From: Candidatus Falkowbacteria bacterium RIFOXYC2_FULL_36_12
GTDB taxonomy: Bacteria > Patescibacteriota > Patescibacteriia > UBA11705
Length of the DNA: 64,000 nucleotides
Direction: 5' to 3'
NCBI GenBank assembly: GCA_001778235.1
Contig: MFGJ01000007.1
Location: 77,085-141,084, forward strand
The notes under the pieces were generated by a model. It had not been told where the DNA came from. It ran no database searches and was given only the letters and a program-made list of their open reading frames with translations. The translations under genes and the position numbers were made by a program. Each line of letters starts with the position of its first letter. Positions within the stretch are counted from its first letter, which is position 1. This document shows, in pieces, positions 58,505-64,000 of this stretch.

Positions 58505-59722
58505 TTATACATTTTCAAAAATTTTGAGAGTATCTGTCGCACATTGTTCCCATGAGAATTTTTTGGATTGTTCAAAGCCTTTTTCAATTAACGCCTGTCT
58601 GACTTCGGGATTAAAAACAACTGTCTCCATAGCTTTTTCAATCAAATCAATATTTTCTGGATTAAATTTAATGGCAGCTTCACCGGCAACTTCTGGTAGT
58701 GATGTTGTGTTGGAGCAGACAACAGGGCAACCACAACTCATGGCTTCAAGCACAGGTATGCCAAAACCTTCATAAAGTGATGGGAAGATAAACAGTTCAG
58801 CATTATTGAGTAAAAAGGCGTTTTCTTCTGATGATAAATATTTTAGATAAATAATATCACTATCTTCTTGTTCAAGACTTAGTTTCATCATTACTTCTTC
58901 AAAACCATTGCCCTTTTTGCCGACTAAAACTAATTTATATTTTGATTGGGGATTTTTGGCTTTGAATTTTAGGAAGGCTTTAACCAATCTTTCAAAATTT
59001 TTCTTGGCTTCCAGTCTGCCGGTGAACATAAAATATGGGGCGTCAATCTGATATTTTTCCAGAAGCAAACTTCTAGCAGAATCTTTATCAAGATGCATGT
59101 CTTTGTAAACATCACTGCTAAACCCATTGTAAACCACTTCAATTTTTTCAGCTGGAATTTTGTAAACATCCATAATTTCTTTTTTGGAAAACTCGGACAC
59201 TGTAATTATTTTTATGGCGTGCTTTTTTATAAAACGGATTGTCCACTTGTGATAAAGTTTGTCAGCCCAGTTATATAATTCAGGAAATCTTTCAAAACCA
59301 ATGTCATGAACTGTGACTATCACTTTTTTGGGATTTAATAATGGAATGGTATGAGCTGGGACAAAAAGAAGATCTGGCTTGTGCTGGCCAAATTTCATTT
59401 CATAGCTAAGGCGGATCAAAGTCCAAAATCTAACGGGTGGCCATTTGAGCAAAGCTTGCTGGAAATTATCAGGGCATTTTGCCAGTTTGTCACCGAGAGG
59501 AAGATTGGTATATAAAAGATATTGATTTTTCTGATCAATTTTTTTCAATTCCTGAATCAAGTGATAGGAATACCACTCGACTCCTGTCTTGGCTGGTCTG
59601 TTGGCGCGCGAAGCGTCAATGCCGATTAACATAAAAATAAGTAAAGAATAAAGAAAGATGTGCAGGGTGTGAATTGTGAATAATTTATTTAAATTAATTA
59701 AATTCTGTGGATATATTGACAA
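58505..59722 (-). CDS. Glycosyltransferase family 4
   Basis: EGFGIPVLEAMSCGCPVVCSN motif. The true start is probably the internal MLIGIDASR (around 59632). Confidence 0.85.
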   Translation of the reverse strand: MSIYPQNLINLNKLFTIHTLHIFLYSLLIFMLIGIDASRANRPAKTGVEWYSYHLIQELKKIDQKNQYLLYTNLPLGDKLAKCPDNFQQALLKWPPVRFWTLIRLSYEMKFGQHKPDLLFVPAHTIPLLNPKKVIVTVHDIGFERFPELYNWADKLYHKWTIRFIKKHAIKIITVSEFSKKEIMDVYKIPAEKIEVVYNGFSSDVYKDMHLDKDSARSLLLEKYQIDAPYFMFTGRLEAKKNFERLVKAFLKFKAKNPQSKYKLVLVGKKGNGFEEVMMKLSLEQEDSDIIYLKYLSSEENAFLLNNAELFIFPSLYEGFGIPVLEAMSCGCPVVCSNTTSLPEVAGEAAIKFNPENIDLIEKAMETVVFNPEVRQALIEKGFEQSKKFSWEQCATDTLKIFENV

Positions 59723-59815
59723 AATTGACTTTGTTTGTTATATTTAAATTGACACTTGTGGGGGCTTTGGCTCCCTCGCGGTCAATTCATAAACCGCAGA
59801 CGGGTGTCTTTTTTG

Positions 59816-60298
59816 TTACTCTATTTCTAAATCACCTGAATATAAAACCTTTCTTAATATCCCCGAATTCTTTTTCTTTTTCCATGAAGGATAAATACTA
59901 TGAAACATTTTTGCCCCACCTTCAACTTCCTTTACAATAATCTTAAATCTAGTTTCATTTAGAATAGCAATAAACACATAATATCTAACAAGGACCAACC
60001 TCTTTTCCCAACGAGAATTAATTTTTCTTCTTTCAAACCTTTTAGACTCGGCATACTCTTGTAAGGTGTGAGATAATCCTATAATTTTTGGTGCGAATGG
60101 TAGCAACCTCAATCTCATATATTGTTCAATGCGAGATCTTGTTTTGTTCCATTCTTTAAACAATAAATGCTCATATCCCTCACTATTAAAATGAACATTT
60201 TCTTTGAAGTAAGGGCACCATACTTTCTTGATATTTTTATAAAAATTTTCAGCTTTTTCCCGCTTTTGATTCAATTGTTCATCACTGATTTCTATCAT
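59816..60298 (-). CDS. Hypothetical basic protein
   Basis: 160-aa ORF downstream of mreB. Not MreC-like. Confidence 0.45.
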   Translation of the reverse strand: MIEISDEQLNQKREKAENFYKNIKKVWCPYFKENVHFNSEGYEHLLFKEWNKTRSRIEQYMRLRLLPFAPKIIGLSHTLQEYAESKRFERRKINSRWEKRLVLVRYYVFIAILNETRFKIIVKEVEGGAKMFHSIYPSWKKKKNSGILRKVLYSGDLEIE

Positions 60299-60300
60299 AA

Positions 60301-61308
60301 CTATCTAGTCGCTAAAATTGATCGCTTATACATTTCCAGATTATCAAGGGCAATACCTGTGCCTTTGACCACACAAAGTAAGGCATCATCGGCGACATAG
60401 ACAGGCACGCCAATTGCCCGTGAAATTAACTGATCAATGTTGCGAAGCAAACTGCCTCCACCACTCATAATAATTCCTTTATCAATAATATCAGCTGAAA
60501 GCTCTGGTGGAGTTTGGTTGAGCACTTCTTTCACCGCTTCAATAATACCTTCAAGGTTTTTTTGCAGTGCTTCGGTTACATCATTTGAACTGATTGAAAC
60601 TGTCTTTGGCAAACCGCTGACCATATCACGACCACGGATATCCATAATTTCAGGATCTTCAACATACAAAGCTCGACCAATATCAATCTTGATATTTTCT
60701 GCTGTTCTCTCACCAACAGCTAAACCATATTTTCGTCGAATAAACTCTGAAATTGAATAATCAAAATGATTCCCACCAATTCTAACAGATCTGGCAGCTA
60801 CGATGCCACCAAGAGAAATAACCGCAACTTCACTGGTACCTCCTCCAATATCAATAATCATATGACCGCTGGCTGTACCGATTGGAATGTTAGCGCCGAT
60901 GGCTGCAGCAATAGGTTCCTTGATAATATAAGCAGCCCGAGCACCAGCGGCGATTGTCGCATCAATAACAGCACGCCTCTCTGTAGAAGTAATCCCAGCT
61001 GGGACAGCGACCATAACTTCTGGTCGAAACAATTTTATTCCGCCAAGTGATTTATTAATAAAATAACGAAGCATGGCTTCGGTTGCTTTGTAATCGGCAA
61101 TAACTCCGTCCTTCAGTGGCCGTGATGCAATAATTGATTCAGGAGTGCGCCCAATCATTTCTTTGGCTTCATCACCAACTGCCAGAATTTTCTTGTCAGT
61201 AATTGATATAGCCACAACCGAAGGTTCATTGATAACAATTCCTTTTTTTGGCAGATGAACAAGAGTATAGGTAGTACCAAGATCAATCCCAACTTTTTTT
61301 ATAAACAT
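60301..61308 (-). CDS. mreB: Rod shape-determining protein MreB
   Basis: GIDLGTT…, DIGGGTSEVAV and actin-fold motifs. Confidence 0.9.
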   Translation of the reverse strand: MFIKKVGIDLGTTYTLVHLPKKGIVINEPSVVAISITDKKILAVGDEAKEMIGRTPESIIASRPLKDGVIADYKATEAMLRYFINKSLGGIKLFRPEVMVAVPAGITSTERRAVIDATIAAGARAAYIIKEPIAAAIGANIPIGTASGHMIIDIGGGTSEVAVISLGGIVAARSVRIGGNHFDYSISEFIRRKYGLAVGERTAENIKIDIGRALYVEDPEIMDIRGRDMVSGLPKTVSISSNDVTEALQKNLEGIIEAVKEVLNQTPPELSADIIDKGIIMSGGGSLLRNIDQLISRAIGVPVYVADDALLCVVKGTGIALDNLEMYKRSILATR

Positions 61309-61310
61309 AA

Positions 61311-61883
61311 TTACTTATTATCAAAAAGCCCCTCTTCTTTCATTTTTTTTAATTCATCTGTTTTTATTTTACTTTGCTGTTCAAGATAATATTTATTAAC
61401 ATTGGGAATCAACTTCAGCCAAGTTTTAATTAATTCAAGAATTTTTTCGAATTGAACTTTGGCAGATTTTAGCAGAAGTGAAATTTTCGAAGCTGTTTCC
61501 TCACCCATTCTTTTGAACTCCACTTGCTCATCCGGAGTCATTGACTTGTAATCATCTTCTAATTCCTGCTGAAGAACGCCTTCGACTTCGAGCTGAACAG
61601 GATCTTTTTGCGCTTGAGAAACTTGTAGGGTTTGAGCAGAAGTAATTGAACCAATTTCTTCCTTGTGAGCTTCAAGTTCTTTTTTTACATTCTCATGCTC
61701 TTCAATAGTTTTTTTCTCTTCTTCAGCTACTGTTTCAAGAGCTCTTTCAGGTTGGTCAACTGGCGCCGGAATAGCCTCTTGTTTATTTAAAGTTTGCTCA
61801 ACAATATCCTGTGAAGTCTGCAATTCGGGATTTAAGGTGGGCTTTTCTGGCTCTTGGGTATTTTGTGTTTTTGTTACTGCCAT
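61311..61883 (-). CDS. Hypothetical acidic coiled-coil protein
   Basis: 190-aa Glu/Gln-rich protein. Confidence 0.5.
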   Translation of the reverse strand: MAVTKTQNTQEPEKPTLNPELQTSQDIVEQTLNKQEAIPAPVDQPERALETVAEEEKKTIEEHENVKKELEAHKEEIGSITSAQTLQVSQAQKDPVQLEVEGVLQQELEDDYKSMTPDEQVEFKRMGEETASKISLLLKSAKVQFEKILELIKTWLKLIPNVNKYYLEQQSKIKTDELKKMKEEGLFDNK

Positions 61884-62004
61884 ATTAATATAAAATAATT
61901 CTAATTAGACATAGTAATTATATCAATTCTGTCCAATCCAGTAAATAGCAAAAACCAGTAAATCTTGAATAAATAAATAGTTCAAGCAAAACAAGTTACC
62001 TCTA

Positions 62005-62033
62005 TTGACTTTTTTAGTTATTTATGATATAAT
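62005..62033 (+). promoter_or_regulatory. Consensus extended -10 sigma70 promoter (TTGACT-N17-TGATATAAT)
   Basis: Directly visible, 35 nt upstream of the GC-rich ORF. Confidence 0.55.
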
Positions 62034-62068
62034 AATTAGTTAGAAAAAGAAACTGAATTGGGGTAGCA

Positions 62069-62287
62069 ATGGAAAATCTGTTGGTGCAAATAGTGTTCCT
62101 GATGGCAATCTTCTACGGGCTGTTCGTGATGGTGCTCGGCACCAAGCGGGTCAACAAGTATGTGGGCAAGATGACCAAGAAAGCCTTGAACTGGCTGGTC
62201 AGACTGCCATTCAGGCTGATCCGCTGGAGCTGGCGCAAGGCGTTTCCGCGCCGGCGTAGGCAGAACCGTAGAAGAGCCCAGCCCTGA
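62069..62287 (+). CDS. GC-rich (about 58% GC, GC3 about 80%) small membrane protein with Arg-rich tail
   Basis: 72 aa: MENLLVQIVFLMAIFYGLFVMVLGTKRVNKYVGK…RRRRQNRRRAQP. There is strong third-position GC periodicity. The stop codon overlaps the perfect hairpin AGCCCTG-acac-CAGGGCT. Confidence 0.5.
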   Translation: MENLLVQIVFLMAIFYGLFVMVLGTKRVNKYVGKMTKKALNWLVRLPFRLIRWSWRKAFPRRRRQNRRRAQP

Positions 62288-62407
62288 CACAGGGCTAGCG
62301 CAGTCAACTCGCCTCGTGGTCAAATGATCGCGGGGTTTTGCTTTTGGAAAAGAAAAAAGCTTGCCTTCCACTAATTACAAATTAGCCACGAATCTACAAA
62401 TCGATAT

Positions 62408-63373
62408 TTAACTAAGTTGTTTTAAGGTTTTTTTTACATCAGACAAGTTTTCAACTCTGACAAGTTTTGCTCGCCAATCACTAGCACCAGGAAAACCCTT
62501 CAGATACCAACAGAGATGTTTGCGGATTTCTAAAAAAGCTTTATCGTTTTTTGATTTTGATAATAGTTTTGCATGCTTTAGTGCAACTTTTTTTATTTGT
62601 TCTAGATCGAATTCAGAATATTTTCCGTTTTGAAGATAATCATTGATTTGTTTGAATAGCCATGGCTTGCCGTATAGTCCTCTAGCTAAACCAACGCCGT
62701 CAACGCCTGTTTTGTCGAGCATTTCCTTGATGTCTTCGGGTGTATTTAAACCTCCATTGCCCAAAACAACACCCTTGAATTTTTCTTTGGCCAGCTTGAT
62801 GGAATCAAAATCAATTGAACCGCTGAAACCCTGTTCATAAGTTCGGCCATGAAGCATCAGAGCTGAAACATTGTAATCTTTTATTTTGTCGAGAAAATCA
62901 AAAACCGTGATTTTTCCAGTTTGATCTTTTTTGTTAATTGAAATTCTGGTTTTTATTGATACTGGGATTGAAGCAGATTCAACTGTTGCATGGACTATTT
63001 CTTGTGCTAAATTCAAATCCCGAAGTAAAGTTATTCCGCCTTCATGAGCCACAACTTTTTTGGCTGGACAGCCAAAGTTTATATCAATGCCGTCAAAACC
63101 AGCTTCTTCTACTCGTTCAACTGCTTTTTTAATTAGCTCTGGTCTTTTGCCGAAAAGTTGTAGTACAACTTTACCTTCTTTCTTATGATTAAAATCAAGT
63201 AGCTCAAGTGTTGTTTTCCCTTTATAATACAAGCCATCAATTGAAGTCATTTCAGTGTAAACAACATCTGCACCAAAGCTATAACACAACTGGCGAAAAG
63301 CTGAATCTGAAATTCCTGCCATGGGGGCTAGGGCGAGGATCGGTTTGTTGAATTTGTTCCAGAAATTGGACAT
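62408..63373 (-). CDS. tRNA-dihydrouridine synthase (DusB-like)
   Basis: LAPMAGISDSAFR N-terminus. TIM-barrel flavoenzyme motifs. Confidence 0.85.
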   Translation of the reverse strand: MSNFWNKFNKPILALAPMAGISDSAFRQLCYSFGADVVYTEMTSIDGLYYKGKTTLELLDFNHKKEGKVVLQLFGKRPELIKKAVERVEEAGFDGIDINFGCPAKKVVAHEGGITLLRDLNLAQEIVHATVESASIPVSIKTRISINKKDQTGKITVFDFLDKIKDYNVSALMLHGRTYEQGFSGSIDFDSIKLAKEKFKGVVLGNGGLNTPEDIKEMLDKTGVDGVGLARGLYGKPWLFKQINDYLQNGKYSEFDLEQIKKVALKHAKLLSKSKNDKAFLEIRKHLCWYLKGFPGASDWRAKLVRVENLSDVKKTLKQLS

Positions 63374-63423
63374 ATAGTTGATAGTTGATAGATTATAGTT
63401 GAAAGTACTTAAATGATAATATT

Positions 63424-63795
63424 CTAACTGTCTGATTTGTTTTTCTTTTTCAATATTGATAAATTAAGACTATAGAGCATCCTACCACATTCATCATATT
63501 GATCCAAAAAATAGTTTAGGCGTTCTTTTTCTAAATAACTTTTACGATGAGCAATCTTCAAATGATGAACAGTTTCCCGTATTTCACCCTGGGCTCTAGA
63601 AATAGATATTGAATAGATTTTCGTATATTTATTACCAAATCCTTCCGCTAAATTTGCAGGTGCTGAATTAGATGACCTTCTAAGCTGTGAACCTATTTCG
63701 TAAAGTTCATATTTGGGAAATTCTAATGTCAAATAATGAATTTCTATAGCCAAATTGAATAATTTATTGTAGACAATCAAATCATCAACCTTCAT
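63424..63795 (-). CDS. Four-helix-bundle protein (23S rRNA intervening-sequence protein family)
   Basis: Same family pattern as 37515-37886 (…FP..E.Y.IGSQLRRSSNS…NLAEG…). Confidence 0.7.
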   Translation of the reverse strand: MKVDDLIVYNKLFNLAIEIHYLTLEFPKYELYEIGSQLRRSSNSAPANLAEGFGNKYTKIYSISISRAQGEIRETVHHLKIAHRKSYLEKERLNYFLDQYDECGRMLYSLNLSILKKKNKSDS

Positions 63796-63897
63796 ATTAC
63801 TCTAATTTTTCAATATTTTTTATACTATAATCTATTTACTATAATCTATACTCTTCTCATAAATTATACCTAATTTTCGCTTATTTTTCAACCAATA

Positions 63898-63926
63898 TTG
63901 ACATTTTTATCAGAATATGCTATAAT
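63898..63926 (+). promoter_or_regulatory. Perfect consensus sigma70 promoter (TTGACA-N17-TATAAT) at window edge
   Basis: Directly visible. The downstream 70 nt reach the window end and contain no ORF start. Confidence 0.55.
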
Positions 63927-64000
63927 GTAGTGTTAGGCTTAGAGTGCCTGATTGTACCTAAACACGGGAGAAAATCCGAAAATTGGCTGAAAAAAGCCAG

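Noticed and set aside
62040-62345. GC-rich island as a structured ncRNA (RNase P, SRP, tmRNA or 6S)
   Set aside because: I could not find conserved motifs of these RNAs on either strand, and the strong codon-position periodicity favours a coding sequence. I could not run a covariance model, so this is unresolved.
62036-62371. 111-aa and 64-aa minus-strand ORFs in the GC-rich island
   Set aside because: Open frames are expected on both strands of GC-rich DNA. Only the plus frame shows a TM helix, GC3 periodicity and an upstream promoter/RBS.

Overview
This is an AT-rich window (about 33-35% GC) in which most genes sit on the minus strand. The content is typical of a small-genome CPR/Patescibacteria-like bacterium. 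Recognisable genes: PBP2/FtsI, an SPFH protein, tgt, a RelE/ParE-Phd toxin-antitoxin pair, mraZ-rsmH-ftsL (a fragment of the dcw cell-division cluster), tsaB, rplJ-rplL with its leader, an envelope glycan operon (flippase-YfiH-GT4), the rpsI...infA ribosomal/rpoA cluster, mutS and mutL split by three membrane-protein genes, alaS, mnmA, a DacA-like carboxypeptidase, a pilM-pilin-pilin cluster, rnhA, recJ, lepA, murJ, PduL, an HD-domain alarmone hydrolase, a PfkB kinase, glyQS, frr, holB, a second GT4, mreB and a Dus. Accessory or unusual content: a roughly 290-bp GC-rich (about 58%) small membrane-protein ORF behind a consensus promoter (62005-62345); a protein built of six tandem Zn-ribbon modules fused onto the glycan operon; a 17-bp tandem repeat array in a structured GC-rich intergenic region (12773-13056); a 48-aa stand-alone peptide carrying an NrdD glycyl-radical motif between rsmH and ftsL; a perfect 69-bp direct repeat that brackets one gene and encodes the alaS C-terminus; a divergent PilM-like gene next to small membrane proteins; an FG-GAP/L,D-transpeptidase fusion; a tandem paralog pair between recJ and lepA; and a conserved leader motif shared by rplL, mraZ and lepA. 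I found no tRNA, rRNA or CRISPR array. All calls rest on reading the translations by eye, motif recognition and sequence inspection only; no database search was run.
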